DNA of 64,000 nt from Planctomycetota bacterium (GTDB taxonomy: Bacteria > Planctomycetota > UBA8108 > SXIK01), in contig CBDCXR010000004.1 in assembly GCA_965223845.1 (NCBI GenBank), positions 5,632,001 to 5,696,000 of the forward strand. The letters are read 5' to 3'. The translations under genes and the position numbers were made by a program. Numbering within the stretch: the stretch's first letter is position 1; every line of letters starts with the position of its first letter. This document shows positions 30,501-39,600 of this stretch, one piece after another. The notes below the pieces were generated by a model. That model saw only the letters and a program-made list of their open reading frames with translations, was not told the origin of the DNA and did not search any database.

Positions 30501-32350
30501 CTCACCTCGACCGGGCGATCGAAGTCGGAAGCGCCATGGGCGACGAGCACGTCGCGGCGTTCGATCGAATCTACCGCGGGGAGGCTCTATTCTTTCTCGC
30601 CGAGTACGAAGGCGCGGTGCGTGCGCTCGAGGCGGAAACCCGATCGACGCTGCCGACTCGAGTCCGTCAGATGGCTTTCGCACGCCTCGCGCTCGTTCAC
30701 GCGATGACGGCGCTCGAATCCAAGGCGCAGGCGGCTATCGCCGCGCACGCGAGCCTCGCCAACGAACGACCGGTGCCGTTTCTCGATGCATGGGACGACC
30801 TCTTTCTCGGGTGGGCTGCGTCGCTGCTCGGTGATCGCGAGCGCGTCGAAGAACGCCTCGCGCGCGCGGAGCAGTTCTTCGCGCGACACGGCTTCGCACC
30901 GGCTCACGCTCTTACGCGCTGGGTGCGCGCGGAGAACGATCTCCTCGCGGGCGATCTCTCTCGCGTGAGCGAGGCGCTCCGCGGGGTATCCGACGGGAAC
31001 CATCTCACGGCCGTACTCTGGCTCCTTCTCGAGGCGCGAGTCGCCGCCCACGCACTCACCGAGACGCGGGATCGCCAGCCGGTCGGCGATCTCATCGCGC
31101 GATCGGGAGCGGCGCTCGTCGGGAATCCGCTCCCGGAGTGGGAAGCGCGCCTCGAGCGGATTCGCTCCAGGCTCTGGGGCGGGAGAAAGGAAGAAGCGGT
31201 CGACGCGGATCGCGCGCGCTGGGTCGCACACCTCGAAGCATCCGATCGAGATCGCTACCTCGAGAGCGAACACTGGCGCGCTTGGACGGCGATCGATCGC
31301 CTCGACGTGCCGAGCGAACAGCCCGTCGCGCTGGATCGCGCGGAGCTTCCCACCGCGAGCGCGGCTTGCGGTCCGCTTCGCGACGGTTTGGTCACGCGAT
31401 CCCCTGCGATGCGGCGCATCGCGCAGACACTCGACCGCGTCCGCGGAACGGACATCCCGATTCTGCTCACGGGCGAGACGGGAGTTGGAAAAGACTTCAT
31501 CGCGAACATCATTCACGCGGAGAGCGAGCGCGCGAATGAGCCGCTCGCAGTCATCTCCTGCGCAGCTCTCGCGCCGGAGCTCCTCGAAGCGGAGCTCTAC
31601 GGCGCCCGGGCGGGCGCGTACACGAGCCTCGAAACCGACCGTCCGGGCATCCTTCGCGAGGCTCACGGCGGCACCGTTCTTCTCGACGATATCGGTGCGC
31701 TCGGCGCGGAGTCTCAAGCAAAGCTCCTCCGAGTCTTGTCCGCGCAGACGTTTCGGCCGCTCGGGAGCGACGAGGAAATCGAGGTCGACGTTCGCTTTCT
31801 CTTTACGTCCGCGCGCGATCTCGAAGCGGAGGTGACCGCAGGGAACTTTCGCCGCGATCTCTTCCACCGAATGAGCGTTCTCACGATCGCCGTGCCTCCG
31901 CTTCGCGAGCGCGCGGAAGACCTCGAAGCGCTCGCCGGAATCTTTCTCGCCGAAGAGACACGGGCGAACGGATCGCGTCAGGAGCGGATCACGAGCGATG
32001 CCCTCGATTGGCTCCGCCGCCGCGCCTGGCCGGGAAATGTGCGCGAGTTTCGCAATCTCCTCGCGCGGATCCGCGTCGAAGACTCGCGCTCCGTCTCGGT
32101 CGACGCGCTCGAACGAGTGACGAAAACGGACGACACGGTCCACCTCTTCCCGGGAAACGTGCTCGAGGTGGAGACGCTTCCCGTGCTCAAGGAGCGACTC
32201 GAGCGCGATTATGTCGTCTATCACTTCCGGCGGCTCGGCGGGGACACCAAGGCGCTGTGCCGATTCCTCGAGCTCGGTCGACGCCAACTCTATCGGCGCT
32301 GCGAGCGGCTGGGGATTTCGCTCCGCGCGGAGCGAGCGCGGCTGCGGTAG
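27539..32350 (+). CDS. Ser/Thr kinase - STAND(AAA_16) - TPR - sigma54-interacting AAA+ - HTH fusion protein
   Basis: Kinase: GRGGAG, IALK, HLDVKPSN, DFG, MAPE. STAND: VGRAAEL...GSPGAGVS, LVDDLH. TPRs: ILNNLGIVY. bEBP: GETGVGKD, GAYTSL, LLDDIG, WPGNVRE. C-terminal HTH. Confidence 0.9.
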   Translation: MPSDDPHRLAPAGFGPRYETIRTLGRGGAGTVYLVRDAYLEQEIALKILDTPETRDAVEETQREFTLLAQIDHPAIARAYDFGYFGDRPYFTSEYIRGALPDAPIGESDALARIGLDIAEALEFLHAHRILHLDVKPSNIAIRRDPPSHAVLLDFGLWRKAGPPATGRLRGSLPFMAPEYFSGGELGPWTDAYALGVTLYRLATGRFPRPGAAGAQLSSAEDVPHPSDERAWFPAPVPPSQVVRGLSSDFDRVILECLALDPAARAISPRDRLATLTRRGSWSRRLTRPHAMHETVGRAAELDLIDEFLNDDEAPALVVTGSPGAGVSHVLREAKRRAQIAGRSSYLERAEALDARPGSVLRCLAAHLGEDADARRRWREFSDRLQRPRKARHHGQRDSTADAERRLRRVSELSLALGALSNPLVLLVDDLHAFDEISVGLIADTLRAIAAFEADRRPPIRIAVGYREEGSSVSLLREISQLVEGESLGRTLTVLPLSATDTNRLFTAAARDLGEEAPTTTKSAIARYEETRGLPARIIEAARVVGRDAKQRSRREEKEPPILPDDEGSLAVLRILQLLRTPASAKEIAGVLDRPRPQIERDLARLAERHLVRGEDDDLRRGTRWRALDGLAPVSSGATKTEERRTHRAVGRMLVTRAKTGDEAAIVEAAGHFVRAGDRTAVAEIGAEAARYLTSTFQNCAARDMLARVLKALPTRARARRVEVALEMADLYSRTGDLERGIDLLRSILAGTPAPSGSTRLRVLLSLAVLYGRRGEFKHASALFGEVIPRDVESVRGLEREELIHFVNEYAAMKGFTGDYEGAIALCESAMKLAGRSRSTAIRDAVLNLYATRAAVAVRTYDYSGASHHFESALQIAEAIGSVTNRAVILNNLGIVYNQCDRYADAIRAFREAERTCVQLDEGPSLVSIQCNLAILYAKRGEFAAQERAIAEAERLHPAAVGQRQAFFFDHARGLCSLYRGRFAEARAHLDRAIEVGSAMGDEHVAAFDRIYRGEALFFLAEYEGAVRALEAETRSTLPTRVRQMAFARLALVHAMTALESKAQAAIAAHASLANERPVPFLDAWDDLFLGWAASLLGDRERVEERLARAEQFFARHGFAPAHALTRWVRAENDLLAGDLSRVSEALRGVSDGNHLTAVLWLLLEARVAAHALTETRDRQPVGDLIARSGAALVGNPLPEWEARLERIRSRLWGGRKEEAVDADRARWVAHLEASDRDRYLESEHWRAWTAIDRLDVPSEQPVALDRAELPTASAACGPLRDGLVTRSPAMRRIAQTLDRVRGTDIPILLTGETGVGKDFIANIIHAESERANEPLAVISCAALAPELLEAELYGARAGAYTSLETDRPGILREAHGGTVLLDDIGALGAESQAKLLRVLSAQTFRPLGSDEEIEVDVRFLFTSARDLEAEVTAGNFRRDLFHRMSVLTIAVPPLRERAEDLEALAGIFLAEETRANGSRQERITSDALDWLRRRAWPGNVREFRNLLARIRVEDSRSVSVDALERVTKTDDTVHLFPGNVLEVETLPVLKERLERDYVVYHFRRLGGDTKALCRFLELGRRQLYRRCERLGISLRAERARLR

Positions 32351-32361
32351 TCGCCGGAGCG

Positions 32362-33795
32362 CTACGGGTTTCCGGGTGACTCCGCCTCGTACCAGTAGTC
32401 GGGCAGACCGTCCTTCGTCTCCCGCAGGATCTCCACGATCTGCGTGCGCTCCTTGGTCCCGAGATGCGCGAACTTCTCGGGGAGCTCGTTCGCCGTGAGG
32501 ACGTTCCAAAGGCGGCGGTACACGAGGTCTTTCATGACCGGCGGGAGCGCCGCGAACGCGCGCGAGTAGATCATGAAGCTGCACCGATGCTTGAAGAGCC
32601 GCCGCTCGAGATGGAAATCGCGGAGCGAGCGGCCGCTCGAGCTCGCGCGCCGCGTGCGGAGAAAGGCTTTCTCGAATCCCTCGCCTCCTCGAACGCCGCC
32701 TCGGAGCTTGATCTCGCCGGCAAAGAGGAGCCTCTCGACGACGCGATCCGCTTCGCGCTCGACGATTTTCCGCCCGACTCCGCGCAGGCCGCCCAGGGAA
32801 TCGTCGGCGTGCCGGGCGACCGCTTCATCACCGAGCTTCGTGCGAACGTCGCGCTCGTCGAGAGGCGCATCCGCCGCGCCCACCGTACGCTCGAGAACAC
32901 TCCGGCGATAGAGCGCTTGCCGCGTCTTGAAGTTCGCGCGGACGAGCGCGTTGTGAACACCGAGCTGATGCTCGAGCACCATCAGCGCGACGATGTCGCT
33001 CGTCGGAACGAGATAGGGTTCCGTCCAGAAGTACTGCGCGAGCGACGTTTGGTTCGCTCCACGATCGACGTCGAACTCGACCGAGGTCGACGTGCGCGAT
33101 GCGATCGCGTTCCCCATGTGACGTTGGCTGCCGTGGGTCCCCGTGACGTACCAACCGCCCCAACGCTCCTCGAGCGGGCTCCGATCGGTGGTGACGAACG
33201 ATCCTGCCGAGAGAATCGGGAAGCCGCGCTCGTCGGGGTAGACCGAGCGAACGAGGAGGCCGGGAACTCGCCCCGTCCTCCCGCTCGCGTGACACGAGAG
33301 GCAGCCGTTGTCGCGGCGAAAGCGCGGCCGCTTCGTCCCGCGCGGGTCGAGCTGGTAGAACGTCGTGCCGAGCTCCGGATCCGAGCAGGCCACTTCGATC
33401 GCTCCGTTCTGCACCCAGCCGACGTAGCAATCATCGGAGAAATAGACCGCGCGCGGAGTCGAGGGAGAGATCGCGCGGAGCTGAAAACTGGTCTGGGAGA
33501 AGACGAGCACCTGCGACTCGACCGGAACCTCGAGCCGCTCGAGCACTTCGCGCAGAAACGCTCGCTGATCCTTCGGATCCGACGACCAGCCGTCGCGCTC
33601 GATCGTCTTCCCGAGTGCCGCGACGGCGTCCTTCGGACTCGCATCCGAGTAGCGAATCGGCGGGTACTCGAAGTCTTCCCGCTGGGCGAACACCGGCGCA
33701 CTGAGCGCGAGCACGATCAGCGCGGAGCGCCCCGGGGCGCCGAGCCGAACGCGCGCAGAGCGACGGGAATTCCGAGCGTTCGATTGGATGTACAT
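32362..33795 (-). CDS. Secreted monoheme c-type cytochrome-like protein (PVC-type conserved hypothetical)
   Basis: Signal peptide ending VFA-Q, CLSCH heme motif, SQVLVFSQTSFQ, RWGGWYVTG, SDIVALMVLEHQ. Confidence 0.8.
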   Translation of the reverse strand: MYIQSNARNSRRSARVRLGAPGRSALIVLALSAPVFAQREDFEYPPIRYSDASPKDAVAALGKTIERDGWSSDPKDQRAFLREVLERLEVPVESQVLVFSQTSFQLRAISPSTPRAVYFSDDCYVGWVQNGAIEVACSDPELGTTFYQLDPRGTKRPRFRRDNGCLSCHASGRTGRVPGLLVRSVYPDERGFPILSAGSFVTTDRSPLEERWGGWYVTGTHGSQRHMGNAIASRTSTSVEFDVDRGANQTSLAQYFWTEPYLVPTSDIVALMVLEHQLGVHNALVRANFKTRQALYRRSVLERTVGAADAPLDERDVRTKLGDEAVARHADDSLGGLRGVGRKIVEREADRVVERLLFAGEIKLRGGVRGGEGFEKAFLRTRRASSSGRSLRDFHLERRLFKHRCSFMIYSRAFAALPPVMKDLVYRRLWNVLTANELPEKFAHLGTKERTQIVEILRETKDGLPDYWYEAESPGNP

Positions 33796-33851
33796 CGCGC
33801 TGACGTCACGTCCGAACGGTACCGGCAGACTCCCGACTTGATCGGGAATCC

Positions 33852-33878
33852 AAAACTGGTATTCTGTGTACCAGTTTT
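33852..33878. promoter_or_regulatory. Palindromic Rrf2/NsrR-type operator
   Basis: AAAACTGGTA-TTCTGTG-TACCAGTTTT has perfect 10-bp arms. It is an AT-rich island between the divergent rrf2 and cytochrome genes. Confidence 0.8.
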
Positions 33879-33905
33879 AATTCGCGGCATCAACCGGTCC
33901 TCCCG

Positions 33906-34340
33906 ATGAAACTCCGCCTCCAGACCGACTACGGCCTGCGCGTGCTCCTCTATCTCGCGTTCGTCGATAGGATCGCCAACGCCGAGGAGATCGCGACGGC
34001 GTTCGCGATCTCGAAGGACCACCTCGTCAAGGTCGGCCAACATCTCGCGAAACACGGCCTGATCCGCACCGTCCCCGGGCGCGGCGGCGGATTCGTGCTC
34101 GAACGCGATCCGGCCGGAATCACCGTGCGCGAGGTCGTCGAAAAGATGGAAGGACGACCGGGATGCCTCGACTGCATTCCGTCTCCCGACGTCTGTCCGA
34201 TGGAGCCGGGCTGCGGGCTCCGCCGGCTCCTCATCGACGCGGAGAACGCATTTTTCGACGTCCTCGCCACCCGCACGATCGCCGACCTCAGTCGCAATCG
34301 CTCGCGCACCGGTGGGCTTCACAACGTCGAAGTCCTCTGA
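33906..34340 (+). CDS. Rrf2 family transcriptional regulator (NsrR-like, Fe-S)
   Basis: TDYGLRVLLYLA, ISKDHLVKV, GRGGGFVL. Cys cluster CLDC...C...C. Confidence 0.92.
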   Translation: MKLRLQTDYGLRVLLYLAFVDRIANAEEIATAFAISKDHLVKVGQHLAKHGLIRTVPGRGGGFVLERDPAGITVREVVEKMEGRPGCLDCIPSPDVCPMEPGCGLRRLLIDAENAFFDVLATRTIADLSRNRSRTGGLHNVEVL

Positions 34341-34353
34341 GCCTGGCCCGCGA

Positions 34354-34370
34354 GTCCAGTTTTGCTGGAC
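34354..34370. promoter_or_regulatory. Palindrome GTCCAG-N5-CTGGAC, candidate upstream activator sequence
   Basis: Inverted repeat about 140 bp upstream of the sigma54 motif. It could instead be a weak terminator for rrf2. Confidence 0.45.
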
Positions 34371-34505
34371 GAAGCCGGCACAGCGCGTGATGGCGCCTTT
34401 ACGCGGCGAGGCGAATCTCGAGCGGAGGCGTTCTCCCCCAAGTCTCGATCTCATCGAGTGTTGCATCGTCCTCGGCGCACTGAGGAGGAGCGCGCACGAG
34501 CGATC

Positions 34506-34522
34506 TTGGCCTCGCGATTGCG
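34506..34522 (+). promoter_or_regulatory. Sigma54 (-24/-12) promoter
   Basis: TTGGCCTCGCGATTGCG matches TGGC-N7-TTGC with exact spacing. It is intergenic, about 95 bp before ATG 34615. Confidence 0.75.
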
Positions 34523-34614
34523 GGAGCGAGCCGGGACCGGCTTTCGGTGGAGACCTTCACGCCGGGAAGCGCCTCCGCCTCAAACGCATTCAGGGAGAAC
34601 CGGGAGAGTCCGCC

Positions 34615-36642
34615 ATGAAACCAGGAACACGCAGCGCGGCGCTGCTCGCCGTGGGACTCGCGCTGACGGCTACGGCGCAAGCCGACACCGAGTTCATTCG
34701 CGGCGACGCGAACGGCGACGGCCGATTGAGTGCCGCCGACGGCCACTACGCGCTCACTCACCTCTTCCGCGAACCGTTCGAGCCCGCGTGCCTCGACGCC
34801 CTCGACTTCGAGCGGGACGGCCACGTCAACATCTCCGACGCAATTCGGATGCTGAACTACGTCTCCCGCGGCGGACCGCATCCCTGCGCCCCGTTTCCCG
34901 ATCTCGGGACGACCGCCGAAGACTCGCCAACGAGCGGCTGCGAGCAGTACGGCTCCGACGAGACGATCAGCGACTCGACTGCCGCCATCGAAGTGAGAAC
35001 TCGGCCCGCGGCCGAAGCGGGAAAAACGGTGTTCGAAATCTATCTCTCGAGCTCGCGTTCGCTCGCCGGATTCTCGGCCGTGCTGTCGGTCGAAGGCAGT
35101 GTCCTCACCGAAAACCAGAACGACTACGATGCCGACTCCGCGGTCGGATCGGAAGAGGAACTCTCGTACGCGTCCGCGGCGGTGCTCGACGGCGAACTCC
35201 GTTTGACACTCGTGAACACGATCTCCGGATTGAACCGGATCGAGCCGGGAGTCGATCGTCTCGTGATGGAGGCGACGCTCTGCACCGCGACCGGCACGTC
35301 CGCGGGCGACTACGCGCTCGCGTTCGAACAAGTCGAGCTGATCGACTGGGAGACCGCACAATCGATCGCCCCGCAGCAGACGAGCGCCGAGCCCGTCTCG
35401 GTTGCGGCAACCGTAACCGAGTCGGGCTGCGATGATCTCGGCGAGATCGAGGGCGGCGCACTGTGCGCGGACGTCGAACCCGATCCGCCGGAGCCGCCGG
35501 ATCCTCCGCCGGGGCCGCAGGCCGACTTCCGTCGCGGCGATTTCAACTCGGACGGGAGGATCTCGCTCTCCGACGCGGTCATGATGCGCCGGACGCTCTT
35601 TCTCGAAGGTCCACGCGACCCGTGGTGCGAGGACGCGGGAGATGTCGACGACGACGGCGGCTTCAACATCGCTGACCCGATCCGCCTCTTGCTCAAGCTC
35701 TTCGTCGACGACTCGGCGATCCCAGGGCCCGGCCCCGAACCGGGCCCGGATCCCACTCCGGACTCACTGGGGTGCGAAGCCTACGATGTCGTCGCGCCGG
35801 AGGAGACGACCGACGTTGTCCGCTTCGAGGACGTCACCGCGGCGCCGGGACAGATCGTTGCCGTTCCCGTCTACATCTCGAACGAGCGACCCACGGAGGG
35901 ATTTCAAATCGTCGTCGATTACGAACCGAGCGTGTTTGAGCCGCGGTACCTCGGGCCACCGGGGGCGGGAACACACGGCCTTTCGATCGGGGTCGAACTT
36001 CCCCACGCGCTCTCGCTCGTAGGTACGGCGTACGAGGGCTACAACCAGGGAGAGAGCAGCGGCTACGCGTCGCTTCTTCCGGTCGACGACGACACCTTCG
36101 TGTTCGCGTTCGTGCCGAATCTCGTGCACGACTTCGACCGCTTGCCCGCGGGCGAGGAGCAGCTCGCGTTTCGCATTCTCGGTGAAGTGAACCCCAACGC
36201 GGTTCCCGGCACCGTCGTCTCGCTCACGCCGACTCACGGGGAAAACAGAGAGGGCGTCGGGCCGTACGAGTTCAGAACGGAGCTCACGTACGAAGGAAAC
36301 GCACGCTTCGTATCGATTCTTCCGGTCACGCAACCGGGGCTTCTCCAGATCGTCGCCGACGTCATGGTCTTCCGCGGCGATGCCAACAGCGATGGCGACG
36401 TCAACATCGCCGACGCGACGTTCACGCTCGATTACCTCTTCACCGACGGCGCGGCCGCGCCGGGCTGCCCGGACGCAGCCGACGCGAATGACGACGGTGC
36501 GCTCAACATCTCCGATCCGATCGCGATCCTCGTTCAGCTCTTCCTGAAGCGCGATGCGATCGCACCGCCCTATCCCTCGCAGGGTGTCGATCCGACGCCG
36601 GATCTCCTGCCCGCGTGCGCGACCCCGTCGGCGGTCGAATAG
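34615..36642 (+). CDS. Secreted protein with three dockerin-like and two cohesin-like modules
   Basis: Signal peptide. Dockerin-like EF-hand pairs FIRGDANGDG (~34693), FRRGDFNSDG (~35527) and FRGDANSDG (~36369). Intervening beta-rich modules, e.g. VTAAPGQIVAVPVYISN...GFQIVVDYEP. Confidence 0.82.
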   Translation: MKPGTRSAALLAVGLALTATAQADTEFIRGDANGDGRLSAADGHYALTHLFREPFEPACLDALDFERDGHVNISDAIRMLNYVSRGGPHPCAPFPDLGTTAEDSPTSGCEQYGSDETISDSTAAIEVRTRPAAEAGKTVFEIYLSSSRSLAGFSAVLSVEGSVLTENQNDYDADSAVGSEEELSYASAAVLDGELRLTLVNTISGLNRIEPGVDRLVMEATLCTATGTSAGDYALAFEQVELIDWETAQSIAPQQTSAEPVSVAATVTESGCDDLGEIEGGALCADVEPDPPEPPDPPPGPQADFRRGDFNSDGRISLSDAVMMRRTLFLEGPRDPWCEDAGDVDDDGGFNIADPIRLLLKLFVDDSAIPGPGPEPGPDPTPDSLGCEAYDVVAPEETTDVVRFEDVTAAPGQIVAVPVYISNERPTEGFQIVVDYEPSVFEPRYLGPPGAGTHGLSIGVELPHALSLVGTAYEGYNQGESSGYASLLPVDDDTFVFAFVPNLVHDFDRLPAGEEQLAFRILGEVNPNAVPGTVVSLTPTHGENREGVGPYEFRTELTYEGNARFVSILPVTQPGLLQIVADVMVFRGDANSDGDVNIADATFTLDYLFTDGAAAPGCPDAADANDDGALNISDPIAILVQLFLKRDAIAPPYPSQGVDPTPDLLPACATPSAVE

Positions 36643-36682
36643 GCTCGCGAGGCGAGCTCGTTACGCGCCGCGATCGCCGCAT

Positions 36683-39600
36683 TCAGCGGCGGTCGCGGCG
36701 CGTCATTTCCCCCCGAAGTGTTCTCACATCGAGTCCGACTTCGCGGAGCCACGCGTAGAGCCTCGACTTCTTGACGCCCAGCTCTGCGCGCATGGCGCCG
36801 AGGTCGCCAGCGTGAGCTCGGAATCGGTCGCGCAGGTAGGCGCGGTCTACGATTCTTCGCACCGCTGCGATGTTCCGTCCGGCGAGGAGCGACCGGGGAA
36901 CGTCGGGATCGACGCCCCCGTCTTCGCTCGGAGTGAGAAGCTCCGCCAGATCCTCCGCGGTGATTCGCTCGGCGATCGAGCGTTCGACGAGAACGCGGAG
37001 CGCCAGCCCTTCGAGCTCTCGCACGTTTCCTCGCCACGGCTGCCCGGAGAGGAGCGCGAAGGCGGCGGATTCAACGACGGGAACGCGCCGCCCGAGCTTC
37101 CGCGCATGCCGCGCGAGCAAGTGCTCAAAGATCGGAGGGATATCCTCCGGTCGATCGCGGAGCGGCGGTATCTCTAGCGTGAGCGCACCGATGCGAAAGA
37201 GGAGATCCTCCCGCAGCGCTCCCGCTTCGTCGCCCGCGCGCGGCAGAGCACGCGAAGTGAACAGGAAGCGGACGTCGATCGGCCGATCGTCTAGACTTCC
37301 GAGCGGACGCACCGTCTGCCGATCGAGGACGCGGAGAAGCTGCGCCTGATGCGCGAATGGTAGATCGGTGATGCCGTCGACGAGGAGCGTCCCTCCCGAG
37401 GCGTGCTCGAGGATGCCGCTTCGGCTCGCCTCCGCGCCGGTGAACGCGCCGGCGGCGTGACCGAAGAGCTCCGCTTCGAAGAGCTCCTCGGGCAGCGCTC
37501 CGCACGCAATGACCTCGAAGGGTTCCGCGGCACGCGGGCCGCGGTCGTGAAGAACCCGCGCGAGAAGGTCCTTTCCGACGCCGGTCTCACCCACGATGAG
37601 AACGGGCTGATCGACGGCGGCGAGTCGCAGCGCCGAAGCGACGAGATCCTCCATTTGCCGCGACCGGACGACGAGCTCGGCGCCGCCGGTTCGGCGCGGC
37701 GGAGTCGTCGATCGAGCCGACCAGCGTTCGACTTTCTCGCTAACCCGCTCGAGTCGAGAAAACCTCTCTTGAGCGAGGTAGAGTTCGCGTCGGCGTGCGG
37801 GAAGCGACGCGACGATGATTTCGCGAGTCTGCCGCGCGCGGTGCACGTGGTGCCGGGCCGCCTCACGTTCGCCGCGACGGTCGGCGAGAACGGCAAGCTG
37901 CTCCTCGATGCGGCAGTCGATCTCGAGGAACGAGCGGCCGACGATCGCTCCCGCGGCCTCCTCGACCAATCGCTGCGCGCGATCGATGTCGCCGAGAAAC
38001 GCGCTCGCTTCGCTTTCACCGAGTGGCGAGAGGACGGAGAGCGCACGGTGGTCGATCGCGGGTGCGCGGTGAAGTGCGAGCTGGAGCTCGCGCACCTCCC
38101 CGCGGTCACCGGCCCAAAGCGCAACGTAGAGCTTCGCGACGCGCAGCCAGCGGTCGAACGCCGGACAGCGGAGATCGCGAAGACACCGTTCGGCTCGCCG
38201 GAGGTGCTCGCGCGCGGGTGCGAATTCGGTCGCCGCAACCGCGAGCCAAAGTCGATCGCAGCCCTCGAGAAAGCCGACGGGATTCGTCGGCAGAGCCTCG
38301 GCTTCAGCGGCGAAGGCAGACGCTTTCTCCGGCGAGCCGAGCCAGCGCTCGAGCGCGGCGCGGCGCGCGAGCTCCATCCGCCGGACGAGCTCGAACCCCG
38401 GCCGCGGGGAGTTCGGCTGCCTTCGAGCGAGGATCCTCAAGGCATCATCGAAGCGCCCCGAGATCATCTTCGCTTCGGCGAGGTAGACGCTGCCGAACCG
38501 CACCATGTACTCGTCGCTCAGCTCCCGGCCGATCGGAAGCGCGCGCTCGAAGCACTCGATCGCCGTCGTTTCCTCACCGAGAAAGTGCTCGACGAGCCCC
38601 GCGGCAAAGTCGACGAAGAACTCGAGCCGCTCGCCCGATTGTTCGCGGAGGAGTCGGCGCGCGCGGCGAATTTCATCGCGCGCTTCGGTCGCGTCCCCCG
38701 TCTTCGCCGCGATCAGGGCGATGTTGCACGCGATCTGAACGAGAGAGCGGCGCTCGCCCGACGTCGAGATCAAGCGCGCCGAGCGGCGAAAATAGTGACG
38801 TGCGCGAGCGTAGCGGTCGAGCTGATTGAATACGATTCCGAGGTTGTTGAGGATCAGCGCCTGCGGTCCGCGGATCCCTTCTCGCTCGGCGAGACGCAGC
38901 GCCGCAGAGAGATGGTCTCGAGCCTCCGCGAGCCGCATCCGCCGAAGCTCGAGATGGCCGAGAGTCGCACGAAGCGTGACCTCCGCACCGTCCACATCCG
39001 CAGAGCCGCCCCTACGGATTTCATCGAGCGCGGCGAGTCCGCGGCGACACGCAGCGTCCGCCTCGTCGTAGTCTCCGCGAAGAGTGTGGAGCTCCGACAG
39101 CTCGCACTCGATGCGAACGGTTTCGCTTCGATCTACGGCCGGCGACGAGATCGCGAGCGCATCGCCGAAGAGACGGACCGCCTCATCCGGCTTCCCGGCG
39201 CGGTGAAAATGCGCCCCTAGCCTCCGAAGGAAGCGCACGCGATCGCTCCGCGGGAGCTTGCGCAAGACCTCGGCTCCCAACGGTTCGAGAGCCGCGATTC
39301 CTTCGAGGTGATCGCCCTCCTCCGCCCGGAGCTCGCTGATCTCTTCGGCGAGCTCGAATCGCCGGCGGAGAGCACTCTCGCTCGCGAGCGCAGCCTCGAG
39401 GAGCGCGATCGCCGTCTGCGCACGCCCCGCACCGACGAGCTCGGAGACCAGCGAGAGCGCGGCTTCGCGTCCGCGAGCTTGCTGCCCGGTCGCGAGACGG
39501 AGACGAACGAGAAGCGTTCGCTGGCGCAAATTCGCCGCCGGCAAGCGACCGAAGTAATCCCGCGCGCGACGATGGAACTCCGCCGCGCGGATCTCCGGCA

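Noticed and set aside
28007-30550. Long antisense ORFs (also 8465-10024, 14416-16275, 19090-21435, 30587-32584, 37403-39220, 54733-56901, 61832-63943)
   Set aside because: These are shadow frames of well-supported genes in high-GC DNA and carry no recognisable motifs.
34375-34391. Second sigma54-like motif CCGGCACAGCGCGTGAT
   Set aside because: The -12 dinucleotide is GA rather than GC, and a better motif exists at 34506.
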